64,000 nt of DNA from Felis catus. Lineage: Eukaryota. Every line of letters begins with the position of its first letter. Position 1 is the stretch's first letter. The notes below the pieces were generated by a model that worked only from the letters and a program-made list of their open reading frames with translations, was not told the DNA's origin and did no database searches. This document shows, in pieces, positions 1 to 13,139 of the stretch. The stretch is from assembly GCF_018350175.1 (NCBI RefSeq), contig NC_058368.1, positions 42,658,001 to 42,722,000 of the forward strand, given 5' to 3'. Both the position numbers and the translations under genes were made by a program.

Positions 1-89
1 TGGACTAAATATTAAATATCCAAATGACTTTGGTTTGCTACATATAATCAAACAAGATCAGATGTTGAAGCAAAAGAGGTCATAACTAG

Positions 90-560
90 ACAGTACTGAC
101 TGTCCACTCCATCCCCTCCTCTGCCCTTTTTTTTTTTTTTTAAAGGAACAGAAACCCAATTCTATTTGGTTTAATAATGTTTCCAGCTAAGTACATGATT
201 TTCCAGGCTGCTGCCCACCTAGGTGTGGCCCAAGTGATATGCTTCTGGCCAGTAAAATGTAAATGGAATAATACTGGGCAGAACCCCAGGAGGGTGCTTT
301 ATTCTTGGATTAAATGAAACAGATTTAGCTGTCATTCCCATTTTACTTTTAGTTTCCACCTCTCCTTTTATCTTCTGGAATGTCTTTGTGATGCATGGGA
401 GTGCAGAAGCCCTGTTGCAACCGAGGATAAAAGTCACTTTTCAAACCTGCAGGCCCCATAGGTAGATGGTGCCCAAAGCATTGATGACATTGTAGGGCCA
501 TTGCCCTAGTTATGGATTCTTGTTAGAGGAGGAAAATAAATCACTTTTGCAATGTTTCCT
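90..560 (+). mobile_element. MaLR LTR remnant (MLT1J-like)
   Basis: Motifs ttttccaggctgc...ggtgtggcccaagtgatatgcttctggccagtaaaatgtaa and aaaataaatcac resemble old MLT1J/I LTRs. Heavily diverged, ends approximate. Confidence 0.55.
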
Positions 561-781
561 ATATACTTTTAAACACAGAGAAGGGAGTTGGGGAGGGCAA
601 TAAATTCATGTGGTTTGAAAAGAGGACACAAAAGATTTTAAACCAGGCAGTAATTGTGAACCTTATCATCATGCTCAAGAAATGACTTCAAGAGTCAAGA
701 CACACGCAGTTCAGGTAAGAGACAAAAAAAGAATAAAAGGGCATGTGAAGTTGAGTCACGCCTCTTTTAAAAGGTCTTCTA

Positions 782-1014
782 GGGGTGCCTGGGTGGCTCA
801 GTCAGTTTAAGTATCCGACTTTAGCTCAGGTCATGATCTCATGGTTCCTGGGTTTGTGGGTTGAGCCCCAGGTTGGACTCTGTGTTGACAGCTCATTAGA
901 GCCTGGAGCCTGTTTCAGATTCTGTGTTTCCCTCTCTCTCTCTGCCCCTCTCCTGCACACACACACTCTCTCTCAAAACTGAATGAAAGTTAAAAAAAAA
1001 AAATTAAAAAAAAA
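782..1014 (+). mobile_element. CanSINE (SINEC_Fc-type)
   Basis: ggggtgcctgggtggctcag head, (CT)n tract, A tail; TSD ggtcttct on both sides. Confidence 0.95.
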
Positions 1015-1156
1015 TGGTCTTCTCAGAATCTTGATTCAGTAACCTGTACTTGGACCAAAATAGTCACAGGTCTACCCCTCTTCTAACAAGGAGCCTGGGG
1101 AATAGACAGCTTTACCTTGGTACAGTGCCACTCCAGTAATGGAGTTTCTACCAGTA

Positions 1157-1520
1157 ATAGAAAAACCCAAGTGGCCTCAGTGAGGCTGGATAAGTTTAAA
1201 GTAACTTTTTTTTCTTCTGCAAACCTCCCCTCCTCCCTTCTTAGCTTTTTGTTCAGGAACTCAGCACCACCCTAAAGACCTGATAAAGGAGGTTGGCAGC
1301 AAATACACAATTCCTGTCAAAACAAGCAAGATGTTGTATTTCACTGTAATCGCCCCCCCCCCCCGCCCCTTCCTTGGGTCAAGTGTGCAGTATTTTGAAG
1401 GCCATAACCTGCTGTAGCTTTCCTTTGCCAGGCAAAGCAACAAAGTTATCCTTCCTCTTTATCCCAAACTCTGTCTATGCGTATTTTGCTCAGAAGCACA
1501 GACGTCAGTTTTTGACAATA
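1157..1520 (+). mobile_element. ERV1-like solo LTR (carnivore type), apparently inserted in an MLT1 fragment
   Basis: 3' end ttcctttgccaggcaaagcaacaaagtt...cccaaactctgtct...gcacagacgtcagtttttgacaata resembles the R/U5 region of carnivore ERV1 LTRs. Confidence 0.5.
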
Positions 1521-1569
1521 GGAAGGGGGACAGAAAGCTGTCACTTTATCATTTCAATAGTAAGCTCAT

Positions 1570-1783
1570 GGGGCACCTGGTGGCTCAGTTGGTTAAGCTT
1601 CAGACCTTGGCTCAGGTCAAGATCTCACTGCTGGTGAGTTGGAGCCCCATGTCGCGCTCTGTGCTGACAGCTCAGAGCCTGAAGCCTGCTTTGAGGATTC
1701 TGTCTCCCTCTCTCTCTGCCCCTCCCCTGCTCGTACTTTATTCTCTCTTTCTCTCAAAAATAAATAAAACATTTTTTTGAAAA
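1570..1783 (+). mobile_element. CanSINE
   Basis: ggggcacctggtggctcag head, CT tract, aaataaataaaa tail; TSD aata(g/t)taagctcat. Confidence 0.95.
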
Positions 1784-2067
1784 TATTAAGCTCATAAATG
1801 AGGTGGGTATATTGTTTCTACCATTCTCTTGAAAATTTGGGGGCAATTCTTGCTTTCAAGATATTTAAGATATTTTTCAATGTATGTTAGCAATGTTGCA
1901 TTATGATCTCATAATGAGATGCATTATGGTTCATCAAGAACCAAGGCCTGCATCAGTAATAAGAATCCTGAAGGGGGGGGGGGAGGGGGAAATGTGACTT
2001 TCTTGCTCTAGAATCCTGGCTAAGACAGACATGTTTTTGTCCTGCTAGTGGTTTGGTCTTTCCTAAG

Positions 2068-2550
2068 GCTGCAGGATTTTTTTTTTTTTTTTTTTTACCT
2101 CAATACCCAAGATTCCTTGTCTCACGCTTTGAAGAATGAACAGGTGGGGCACCCTGAGTAGCTCAGTCGGTTGAGTGTCCGACTTAGGCTCAGGTCATTG
2201 TCTCTCTGTGAGTTCGAACCCCTCATCAGGCTCTGGGCTGACAGCTCAGAGCCTGGAGCCTGCTTGGATTCTGTGTCTCCCTTGCTCTCTGCCCCTCCCC
2301 CACTCTGTCTCTCAAAAATGAATAAACGTTCAAAAAAATTTTTTTAATTAAAAAAAAAAGAATGAAGAGGTGGACACAAAATGAGGGGGAGCAGCTGGGC
2401 TATGATGTTACTATGCTACAGTCTTAAGAGGAACTTTATACCTGAGAGGATTTGCTGTGGTCCACAACTGTTCCAAAATGTGTGTCCTCCGCCCCAGGGA
2501 CCTCAGGTCCAAATCTTTCCCTCTGCCTATTTATCCGCTTTTTCCTATCA
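2068..2550 (-). mobile_element. ERV1-like LTR interrupted by a CanSINE
   Basis: gctgcaggatttt...gattccttgtctcacgctttgaagaatgaa[SINE]gaggtggacacaaaatgag...cctatca resembles an antisense ERV1 LTR. Confidence 0.45.
2146..2359 (+). mobile_element. CanSINE
   Basis: tRNA-like head, CT tract, A tail; TSD aagaatgaa(c/g)aggt. Confidence 0.95.
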
Positions 2551-2679
2551 TATGAATGCACTGTTTCATTGAGGGTGAAAATCCTATGTTCTGAGTCTCT
2601 TTGGATCATTGTCCAGACAGTCTCAGTTCTAAGTGTCTATCTTACTTCTTTCATTCACATCTTTAAAAACACTGCTTTT

Positions 2680-2923
2680 GGGGCGCCTGGGTGGCGCAGT
2701 CGGTTAAACGTCCGACTTCAGCCAGGTCACGATCTCACGGTCCGTGAGTTCGAGCCCCGCGTCAGGCTCTGGGCTGATGGCTCAGAGCCTGGAGCCTGTT
2801 TCTGATTCTGTGTCTCCCTCTCTCTCTGCCCCTCCCCCGTTCATGCTCTGTCTCTCTCTGTCCCAAAAATAAAAAAAAAAAAAAAAAATAAACGTTGAAA
2901 AAAAAAATTAAAAAAAAAAACAA
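2680..2923 (+). mobile_element. Young felid CanSINE (SINEC_Fc)
   Basis: CpG-rich near-consensus body (ggggcgcctgggtggcgcagtcgg...cagccaggtcacgatctc), long A tail, perfect 15-bp TSD aaaaacactgctttt (2665-2679, 2924-2938). Confidence 0.97.
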
Positions 2924-3859
2924 AAAAACACTGCTTTTTGGGTTAGTGGGAGGGCTTTAAAACAGGTCTGCAAATTCTTTGACATTTCCCCCCAGGTAGC
3001 AGATTCACAGACCAAATTAAGGTTGTTTAAAAAAAAAAAAAATGTCACAAGTTATGGACTAGCAGGGTTTGTTTTGTTTTGTTTTGGTTGTTGTTTGTTT
3101 CTGCAGTTGTTGTAACTGGAACAATTATGGGGAATACAACCCCTTAACCACGTAAAGCTCATCTTCCTAGTTTTCAGTTTCTTCATTTGTGAAATGTGGG
3201 GATTTCACCTTTCCAGAAGCATATTTCATTGAAAAATAAAAGTGTATTCAGGGGAAATATATCCTTTTTTTTTTTTCAGAAAATATTGTTTAAAAGTTTG
3301 AAAATCAGCAATAGGGTAAAGCAGAACATAAGTATCTGGGCCTAGTGTATTTGTGTGCATGACATAAAGCCAGCTATAAATTCAATTTCCATCGTTATAG
3401 GCTTTTCAAATTCTTGACTTCCTGAATCCATTTCTATAAACTCTTCAATAAATTGGTCATTTATCTAAGACTCTGATTTATTGGTATTTAGGACATTCTC
3501 CTTTATTTAAAAAAAGTTTAAGGATTCGATCTTTTAATTGTGCCTTCTGTGTTTTTCTTTAAACTCATGTTATTTCTACTTTATTCAACTTTACAAATAA
3601 TTTTTGGCATTTCTTTTTTCTCTATTGAATCTTTAAATTTTTTTAAATTGTTTTTGTTCTCTACAACTTTAAAAAAATCACTGACATTGATATCTTCCTC
3701 AAAGTTTAAGATGTTTCTCATCTTTCCCCCATTGCAAAATCAAATATTTTAAGTGACCTACATATCATGTATTCTATTCTTAAGAAATGATGTTATAAAA
3801 GGAATAGAAAGTTGTAGTGAAAAATTAGAGTAAGAACCAAGGTTTCAGAAGTTTAAAGT

Positions 3860-4440
3860 GTACTCTTGGGAGTCAGCTGCAGAAAGGGACGGGTAACAGA
3901 GGTCACTGAATGAAGAAAATAAACAGATTTGGTTGTCTGATGAATATCCAAATAGACACGTGTACTTCTCACTCTTGGGGCAATTGGAGAAAAGGAAAGT
4001 GCCTTTAGTTCAGTTTAAGCCATGAATGAATGTAAACAAGGGACTCCTCAAAGTAGATTAATGAAAAGGAGGGCAAGAGGGTAGGAATTTGAAGGATGGT
4101 ATTCTATGGAGAGAGGGTGAAAGAATAAGAATGCTTTGAAAAGCATGGTTAGAAGAATGGGGACTTTGCCTCCTGGCTTCATGGTCAATAACATGAGGGG
4201 AGATAAATGGACCAATTTCCATGCATGGAGGCTGCAGAAAGAGCAGAAGTTTCTAGTGGAAATCCAGGTTTCAGGTTAAGATGGGAAGCAAATGGAAGAC
4301 TTATAAAGAGACTAATTACAGAGAACTTTTGAAATGCAGTGAAGTTGGATTTTGCAACAAGAGTGGAAAGCGGAATATGAAAAAGCGGATGAGAAAAACG
4401 GGTAAGTCCAAGGGTAAGATAGCCTCAGGAACTGCAGCAA
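3860..4440 (-). mobile_element. L2 LINE fragment
   Basis: Purine-rich plus strand with L2-like motif ggaaatccaggtttcaggttaag; very diverged. Confidence 0.4.
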
Positions 4441-6074
4441 CAGAAAGATATGGGGGGGGGGGGGGAGGGGAAACGTCAGTGTCTACTACAGGCAGGTTGC
4501 TGGTGAGCCCAGCTGGGCGTAGCTTCGACTAGCATTTGGTACAATCTCAACAGGTTCTGTGTAACCCAAATCTAAGTGGAAAAGAGCACTGAGTGCCTTG
4601 TCCTGCTTCCTGTCTGCAGGGCTGGTCAGTGTTTTTCCACTATTGTTTGAGCCTAGACTTGCGGTGTCCCATCTGCTGTTGAGCACAGGTTACTACAGAG
4701 TGAGAGTACCTTTGGGTACTTTGTTTTCACTGAAGAGTAAAGGCAGCATCTGGCAAGTAAGGCTTCATGCTTATGAATGCTTGGTCCAGATTGAGAGTAA
4801 AAGTTATATTATCAGATCTTTTAAGATGGAGAATTCAAGCATGAATTCGGGTTTTAGTGAATAATTCTGGCAATAAAAGAAAGCTGGTACTTCAAGTAGT
4901 AAGAGCTCAGAGCACCAGTTTGGTGTTAGGTTGTATTGGCTGGCATTCTTTCTCTTTGATGTGGAAGGCAAGGAGGAGTTTTTTCTGGTAATGGGAATGA
5001 AATAATGGAGACTTTATGTGAAGCACCCAGACAAGGATGCTTCTTTCTTGGTAATCCTTGTTATTCTCTTCAACAGGCTTTTTAGCTATAATACTGTACA
5101 TTTTCAACATTAATATTCCCATTTTCTCCCTTAAATTACCCAATAAGAATGATATAAAAGTTATTTCCAGTACATTTTCATTTAAGGATAATGATCACTA
5201 ATGACTACAAAGCTGAGATTTCCTTAAGAAAGTGAATATAGCTGAAGATGAGCAAGGCTGGTGTTAGTGACAAATACTGAAGATTAGCCTTCTTATTGGG
5301 GTAGAAAAAAAGATACGTAGATGGCTAATTTGTAATGAAAATTAAAATAAAACCTACAGTTGCTAAATAGTCCTAGGCCAGCTACTGCTTAAAAAAATCC
5401 TCGGTCTCTATATTAAATCTACAGCAGTCTTTCTTCTAACTGCAACTTAAATGTTGGAGACAGCCCTAAATTTGCTGACGTTGCCAGGTCACAGGATCTC
5501 CTCTGGTACCTCACAAGCTCCTGCCCCTAAGTCACAATTTGCATATTCTCTCCAAGTCTGTAATAACTACAAAGTACAGCATGATTTTTACCTATGCCAT
5601 TTTAAATTTATACTTGGTTTAAATATATGACATTTCATAGAATTGATTTAAAAGTTGTTTAAAATAGTTGTTCTACAGATTTTCCTTTAACATTTTTATT
5701 AAATCTGGAAACCACTTCCATTTCTTTTGTTTTCAGCTCTTTATGTTGCCTACCCTTATTCTATGCAGAAGTAAATGATGAGTATTAATCCATCTCCCAC
5801 TTTTCAGCTTTTTAACCTTACTTCATCTGGCCACAGCTTCCTAAAACTCCCTCATCTGGGACTGATACTCTGCCTCTGCACTCTTGACTGGCAGCATAAC
5901 TCTCCCATCCTTTAGTCTTCTTGGCTAACCATAGAGCTAGGTTAGAACCCTATGGGTGAAGAGTTTGGAGTCCATTAGCTCCCAAGTCAGTTTTTTTTGT
6001 TTTGTTTTGTTTTGTTTTTTTACTTCCTTTGTGGTGATGGCTTTTTAAATGTAACTGGATTGTGTCTTAGAGAG

Positions 6075-6316
6075 TTTTTTGTTTTGTTTTGTTTTGTTGT
6101 GTTTTTTTTACATCAATCTTTGAGATACAGCAAACCAGGGAGGGGTAGATAGAGAGGGAGACACAGAATCTGAAGCAGGCTCCAGGCTCGAGCTGGAGCT
6201 GTCAGCACAGAGCCCACTCTTCGCATGGAGCCTGACATGGGGACCAAACCCATGAACTGTGAGATCATGACCTGATCGAAGTCAGATGTTTGATGACTGA
6301 GCCACCCAGGTGCCTC
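6075..6316 (-). mobile_element. CanSINE with small internal duplications
   Basis: Antisense body (gagggagacacagaatctgaagcaggctccaggctc...gccacccaggtgcc), (TTTTG)n tail, partial TSD gtcttaga. Confidence 0.92.
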
Positions 6317-7835
6317 GAGTCTTAGAATTCTAGTTTCATTCCAAGATACAATCAGTTATGAAGTGTGTTGCCTGGTTGAATCTCCTCCCTACCCCTCAAT
6401 CCTACAAATCTATCTGAACTGTGGGTACTTGCCTATGACAGGTATGCCTACTTACAATTGTCTGAGATCACATGGGTCTTGCCAAATTATTTGGCCTGTT
6501 TCCAGTCTGCCTTGATACACCTCTGGAACCAGTCTTTACAGATAGCAGTTCTCAATGTATCTTATGACCAGATAATAGGTTTTATACAAAGTTTTGCCTC
6601 CAAGTGGATAATTGAGCCATAAGCCTGAACTTCTAATAAGATGCCAAGGACTATACCATGCATCTTCTACTAGTCTGACAATCACACCGCCTGCATCTTC
6701 CCTAGCACTCTAATTCTGAGAAAGCTCCCCTAATCTTGAGCACAAAGAAGTCTAACCTTACCTAAGTAGAATTAAAAATGTACCCAGATACTGCAGCCTA
6801 CTTCATGGACTCTGGAAACTCCATGCTAGGTATGGTAAGGGGTATTGAAAAATGAGTATAAGTGCAACACTATATAGCCTTCTATTTGGTGTACAGAGTG
6901 TATTTGTATGTGTATATGCACACACTTGCATATATATTAACTTTGTAAGGTTTAACAGTGATAAGTTTACTATGCCCTTATAGACTACAGTATTCCTTTC
7001 TAGTAGCAAAGACCATAGAGAACAAGGATGGCATCTAAGTTATCCTTTCTCAAGGAGCACTTAAACATGCTAGTAATATAGGTACCTAGCACATATGGGG
7101 AATTATATTCATGTGAAGAGAAAGTAGAAATTCATTAGTTTAGAATAAGAGCATGGACAAAGCAGTTCGAGTAAAACTCATTTGCCTGATATCCCTTTCC
7201 ACAAGAATTATTATTTAACATTCTCTATCTTATTTCATAAGTCGACTAGGACCCTACTGAATAATTCAGTTAGGTGCAAGGACAAGTTTTTTACCTTCCT
7301 GAAACCTTGCCTGGCTTACCCACCATTAAAGGACAAGGACACTTTTTTTTTTTTTTAACATAGTATCTTTAGTTTTATGCAGAAAAAGCAGTCTCAAGAA
7401 AGTCATGACAGCATTAATAAAATATGTTTTGATTAATCTATGTTTGTCATTTGAGGTATGTTCAGTTTGGTAAAATAAACCACACAACATTGATCATTGA
7501 GCTTCAGAGGCTCAGGTAGTTAAACTGCACTGGTCACAAATAATGGGTATCAACTAATAACACTGGCCAGAAGTTTGGCTGTAGGTATTAAGGTATAATA
7601 TTTTCATTAGCATTTGGTTTGTTCTTTTCATGAAAGGATGAGAGTTGAGTTATTTAAAGAAAAAAAATTACCTACAAGGGCGATTATTCAATTATCTTAT
7701 GCATCACTGAAAGTTAATAAAATGTGTTACTTGTTTTCCTGTCTCTTTTGACCATAATTTACATGTTTAGTCATGTTTATATATTTGAATGTTGAATTGA
7801 TGTGTAATGTAGATAGATACTTTAAATTGAGTGTC

Positions 7836-8049
7836 AGGGCACCTGGGTGGCTCATTTGGCTAAGTGACCGACTTCAGCTCACGTCATGGTCTCACAGTTT
7901 GTGAGTTCGAGCCCCGTGTCGGGCTCTGTGCAGACAGCTCAGAGCCTGGAGCCTACTTTGGATACTGTGTCTCCCTCTCTACCTCTATACTGCTCACGCT
8001 CTGTCTCTCTCTCAATAATAAATAAATGTTAAAGAAAAAAATTAAAAAA
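7836..8049 (+). mobile_element. CanSINE
   Basis: Full head, CT tract and tail; TSD aaattgagtgtc (7824-7835, 8050-8061). Confidence 0.95.
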
Positions 8050-8473
8050 AAATTGAGTGTCCATTTTTCTTCAATTAATTCCCATGGTAGTCAAGCCTGT
8101 TGGTATATACCAAATATTTCTATTTCATAAAGTTTAGCATAAATTATTCACCCATATTTCCTTCCCCTTCCTTTTCACCTGAACCCACTTTCCCATCTCT
8201 TCTTGAATTCATCTTGATTTCTTGCCTTTATATAACTGTGTACATTTGAGGGTTCTCTGCCCCCAAGAAGCTTTTAATCCAGTAAGAGAAAAGATACACG
8301 AATTTTAAAAGTTAATGGACAATCCACTGATCATAACCTAGATATTTTTTCATAATTTCTACCATAGCTGGAATTATATATGTATGTATATATGTATACA
8401 CATATGTATATATGTGCATATATTATTTACATAGATCTATTACATGTGTCCTTTCCTTAAAATTATAGGGTGA

Positions 8474-8653
8474 GACAGGCACCCAGATGGCTCAGTTGAT
8501 TGAGTATCTGACCCTTGATTTCAGCTCAGGTCATGATCTCATGATTTGTGGGTTCAAGCCCCACATTGGGCTCCACTCTGACCACACAGGGCCTGCTAGG
8601 GATTCTCTCTCTCCTTCTTTCTCTGCCCTACTCTCTCAAAATAAACTTAAAAA
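8474..8653 (+). mobile_element. CanSINE, older subfamily
   Basis: acccttgatttcagctcaggtcatgatctc variant; TSD aaaattatagggtga. Confidence 0.92.
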
Positions 8654-9217
8654 AAAATTATAGGGTGAAAGAAGAAATCACATGCCTCAAAGTTTAGAAA
8701 GTATCCTGAGTAAACCCAATAGCATGTATCAAATAAAGCTGACAGAAAAAATGGCAGAATAAACAGGGTCATAACATTCCCATCCTCCATACCTAATAAA
8801 ACAAACAAGTAAAGGGACAAGAAAGAAAAGCAGCAAAAAAAAAAAAAAAATACAACAGCATTAATCAAAATAGGGGTAAAAACTCCTAAGATAGTTGGAA
8901 ATTTATTAGCCAGAGAAAGAAATGGTATGAATAGGTGAATGTTACTTTACAACACCAGCAGTGTGCTAGTGTGCAAGAAGTTGCTGGTTAAGGTAGTAGA
9001 AATTGCTGGTTATCTCCACTATCCAGTCTCCTTTTTTAAAAAATTTGTTCCAGGTATTTATATTATACCAGAAAAGATACATAGATTTAATAATTTAAAT
9101 TTCACTAATAAATTAGTGTTGTCAACACTATTGGAATGATGTATTACATCATTCCAATTAAGCAGGTTTTTTTAAAAAGGACAAATATGGTGTTAATCCA
9201 TTTGGGGGTTAACTCCC

Positions 9218-9758
9218 ATTAATTAGCTACTGCTACATGACATATTATCCCCAAATTTAGCAGCTTAAAAAAATTGTTTTATCATAGTTCCTTGACAGTT
9301 CCATAGGTTTAGAAGCTCAGGGCTGTTTATCTGGGTCCCTGGGCTCACTGTGTCTCAAGTCTGAGATCAAGGTACAAGCTGGGGCTACAATCCTCTAGAG
9401 GTTGAACTCAAGAAGGAACCCTTTCCAAGCTCTTTCATATGATTGTCATTTCAGGTCCTTCGTGCCTATTGGTTGGAGACATCAGGTTTTTCCCCACTAG
9501 GACCTCCCCACTGAGCAGCTCAAACAGTGTCACTGGTTTGTCTCAGAGCAAGTGACCGGAGGTAGAGACGATGGAAGGGCACACAAGACAAAAGCCACAA
9601 CTCCTCAAAAGTTCATCTTGGAAGGGATAATCCATCCCTTTGCCTTCTGGTCATTACAAGATTATTGCTGGGTAAGCCCACACTTAAAGGAGGGGATTAT
9701 ACCAGACTGACTACTAAGAGACCAGAATCATTACAGCCACCCTAAGATTGCAAACACA
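9218..9758 (-). mobile_element. MaLR solo LTR (MLT1E/F-like)
   Basis: Starts attagctactgctacatgacatattatccccaaatttagcagcttaaa and ends cagccaccctaagattgcaaacaca, an antisense MLT1 layout. Confidence 0.75.
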
Positions 9759-10211
9759 TTCATATCAAATGCTTGTGCTCAATTACAGTAAAAGAAATAA
9801 GACTCCAACAGTCTGACCTCCACACTGTCTAGACTTTAAGGAACAAGTTATTTAAAAAAAAAAAAAAAATCAACTCAAACTGGCTTTATCAAAAAGAAAA
9901 AAAGGTAATTTGTTTAACAAAAAAGTCTCAGCCTCAAGGTTGTCCTGACTGTAGGTCCAGTAGGATTTGGTTGTGGCCCTGACATGTAACTGCTTTCTAA
10001 ATAGTTCTGAATGGATTCTATTGATTTTGTGTTCCATGGCCATCCCTACAACTAGGAGAAATGGAACTCCTCCCCAACTTACCCGTTCTGAGTCACCTTC
10101 CCACTCCTGGAATCCAGGGAAAAGAGACAGGAACAGAAATCTAAATTCTTTGACTAGGCAGTAGGGGAAGGAAAAAAAAACAGTACCTCGATTTTTTACC
10201 ACAATAATATC

Positions 10212-10450
10212 CACATCATTACCATTTTTTGGTGTGTGAATATTTAAAAATCTATTCTTTTAGCACCTTACAAGTATATAAGATATAGTATTAACTATAA
10301 TCAACTTGTTGTACATTAGATTCCCAGGACTTATTCATCTTCTACTGGAAGTTTGTCCTTTTTTGCCCACTATCGTCCCCTTTCCCCTATCCCTGATAAT
10401 CACCATGCTCGTCTGTCTCTAGGAGTCTGGCTTTCTAAAAATTCCAAAGT
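10212..10450 (-). mobile_element. L1 3' UTR fragment (L1MA/L1MB-like)
   Basis: tattaactataatcaacttgttgtacattagattcccaggacttattcatctt is typical antisense L1 3' end sequence. Confidence 0.8.
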
Positions 10451-12402
10451 AGAAAGGTCTGCTTTCCTTCTTTCTGCATCAAGGGTTCAAGACAGACAGT
10501 GGATTATATTAACATTTCTGCTCTACCAACTCTATCAAGAGGGCTGTGTCAAGACCGTAGTTCAGGTGATTTAGGCTCACCCTCAACTGCTTTCTCCAGA
10601 ACTTTCATTCATGACAACTTGTTCACTTTGAACAACACCATTTCCAGTCTCTCCATTAGTTAAGAAGTAGGAAGGAGAGGGAGTAATTTATTAACAGTCT
10701 TAACTGCCAACAGATATGTAAATGGGGGAAAAAAATCTTCACCTCAAAATCCAGAAGGGACTCGAGTACAGATAGCAAGCAGCTCAGAGACAAAGACATG
10801 GCACATAACTCTGGTTTAGCCCTCTGCACCAGCGTGTATCAGTAGAAAACAGAAAACTTGATAATACCATTCAGTTTTCCTCTGCTGAAAAAAAGGCAGA
10901 AGAATCCCAGAGGATAAGATCATAACACTTATTGTTTTCTAGCAAAAAACGAAAACAAAATCATAGGAACGAGAGATGCTAGAAGTTATGGGTACATCAG
11001 AGAAAAATACAGAAGACATCCTAGAAAATTTAGCCTGAGTGGAAGTCTTTTCATTTGAGATTATTATCTTCATCTCTCGTTTGGTGGCAGTGGGGATCAT
11101 ATGGAAAAGACTGAATAATGTACATATAACTTTCTAAGTTGCTACTCATACTACAGGATTTTCATTATACCCTTCACACTTCCATTATCTATTTTGGTTT
11201 AGAGAATTTTTCTTGGAATAGTTCTTACTCATTTGGTTATCTATAAAATTTCTATTTTCTTTATATTCTTTTCATAAGCATACTCATGTTTTTAATCCTA
11301 CATTCACTGAAATAGAGTAGTTATTCTATAATCAAGAAGATGATCTTTTAGGGGCCACAGTATTTACTCCACAAGTCCTAACCCTCAAGCCACCATCATT
11401 TCTTGCTTATATCTGATTGCTTTTTTCAGTATCAAAATTTCTAATTACTAGAATCAACTTGTCATCAAAATGGTTTTCTGTCTAGAAAGACTTATTCGCT
11501 CTATTTCCCATTATCTCTCCTAGATCTTCCTTGAGCTTATTTTTTCATTAACAGATTACTATCTATATATCCCATCAGTTTTATTTCCTTCCACCAGGTT
11601 TATTACTTCTACTTCACTGCATTCAGACAGCTATTGTAATATTTTGAGGTCATTTTCAAGTTTCCTTTGTTTTCTGTAGATACAGTTCTTGTAATGTTGA
11701 TATTCTTGAAAAAAAGTCAACCTGAGTTTTCTGTACCAAAAGAGGTAAGAAAAAAAAGAACAGGCAAGAAGAATCTTGACACATAAGGTGTGTTATGGAC
11801 CCATAAAAGGTAGTTTAAGTAAAAATGATATAAATCAAACCTGATTTTCCTACACAAATAATGGGAAAATATTTCTGACAGAGGCATAACTTTGAATTCT
11901 TTTAAGAAGATGCCCATATATTTTATATTTAATCCAGTATGAATACTTTTTAAAGATCAGAATACTAAATCTTTTTAAAGGTGTTAGTGGAATAAGCTTA
12001 CCAATCATATGTAATTTTACTTAATGTATTACTTATTATTGACTTATCATATTTTTACCAATGTTAAATCTTGTCTTCGTAATTCCAGACATATTTTGGA
12101 AAAATAAAGAGGAAATAAATATTTCTTAGGTCAAAATGTTCTGAAATGCTTTTTTCTTTTGGCAAGTGATAATAATGGACATGTTTGAGGAGACTTATTT
12201 CATCATGGAGCCCTCCAAAAAATGACCTGTGGAGAACTAAAAAAAATACTCAGGCTTTAAAATGGGGTGGCATTTCATAAGCAAATCAAACTATAGATTT
12301 GAATGAAATCATCTGTGTGGCTCTATGTGCTGCTGCATAGGTGATTTAAATGTAACTGGCTGAGGTTCATAAATGCAAAGTTCTAGAACCAGTTTCACTC
12401 AC

Positions 12403-12546
12403 CTGCTTCCCCTGGGGAGAGAGTTGCAAAGAGAATTTGAAATAGGTTTCAAAAGGAAGTAGTCTGTACTGAGTTTTGCCTTTTGATAACAATGTTATTC
12501 TTTCAGGTCTGGATAATATTGAGCTCTGTAAATATTCATTAAAGAC
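12403..12546 (-). other. Candidate 144-nt internal exon of an unrecognised transcript
   Basis: Minus-strand acceptor tttcttattcttacag|G (AG at 12548-12547) and consensus donor CAG|GTGAGT (GT at 12402-12401). Length is 48 codons, open in phase 0: VFNEYLQSSILSRPERITLLSKGKTQYRLLPFETYFKFSLQLSPQGKQ. Confidence 0.5.
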
Positions 12547-13139
12547 CTGTAAGAATAAGAAACTAATTTCATATTCCTTGGTATGTGGTAGGCACTTATA
12601 GTAGTTATTTATTGAATAAGTAAATGAACTAATGGTTTCTGGATAGGAAAACCACCAACTGAAAGTTAAAGTAAGTAACTTTGCTTTTAGAGAGCCCCAA
12701 ACAAGAACCTGAAATGGCCATTTGACTGCCTTCAACCCTTTTCTCACCTCAATTTATTCCAGCCCATATTTGTGTATTGAGCCATCACAGCCAGAGCAGA
12801 AGCACTAATCAAATACACCCTACCACAGATTTACTCACAGTTTACACCTGTGAAGTTGAACACACCATAAATAGTCTGCTAAGCTTTCTCTTAAATCTGC
12901 CTGCAAGTACCTTACAGGATTATGGTAATATAAAATTTTTCTACCTTCATCATATTTATAGTAATGAGTAGTTTAATTGACTTCCCTACAGCAGAACTCT
13001 CTTCCTTTTGAATTAAAATAAGAGTAAAGATGGGGATATTAAACTCTATTAATAGTTTAAGATGTAATAAATGGCTCAACCAGAAATAGCTGACTCAGAC
13101 AGACGAAGATATTTTAATTTCTCGACAATTCATGGGCAA

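Noticed and set aside
782..860. A-box/B-box tRNA-like sequence at SINE heads
   Set aside because: This is the tRNA-derived part of CanSINEs and not a functional tRNA gene.
11656..11760. Possible third-exon acceptor (ttttcttacctcttttggtacag|A, exon starting at 11730) that would add KTQVDFFSRISTLQELYLQKTKET*
   Set aside because: It is one of several plausible acceptors (another is near 10885) in AT-rich, probably L1-derived DNA. I cannot choose between them without RNA data.
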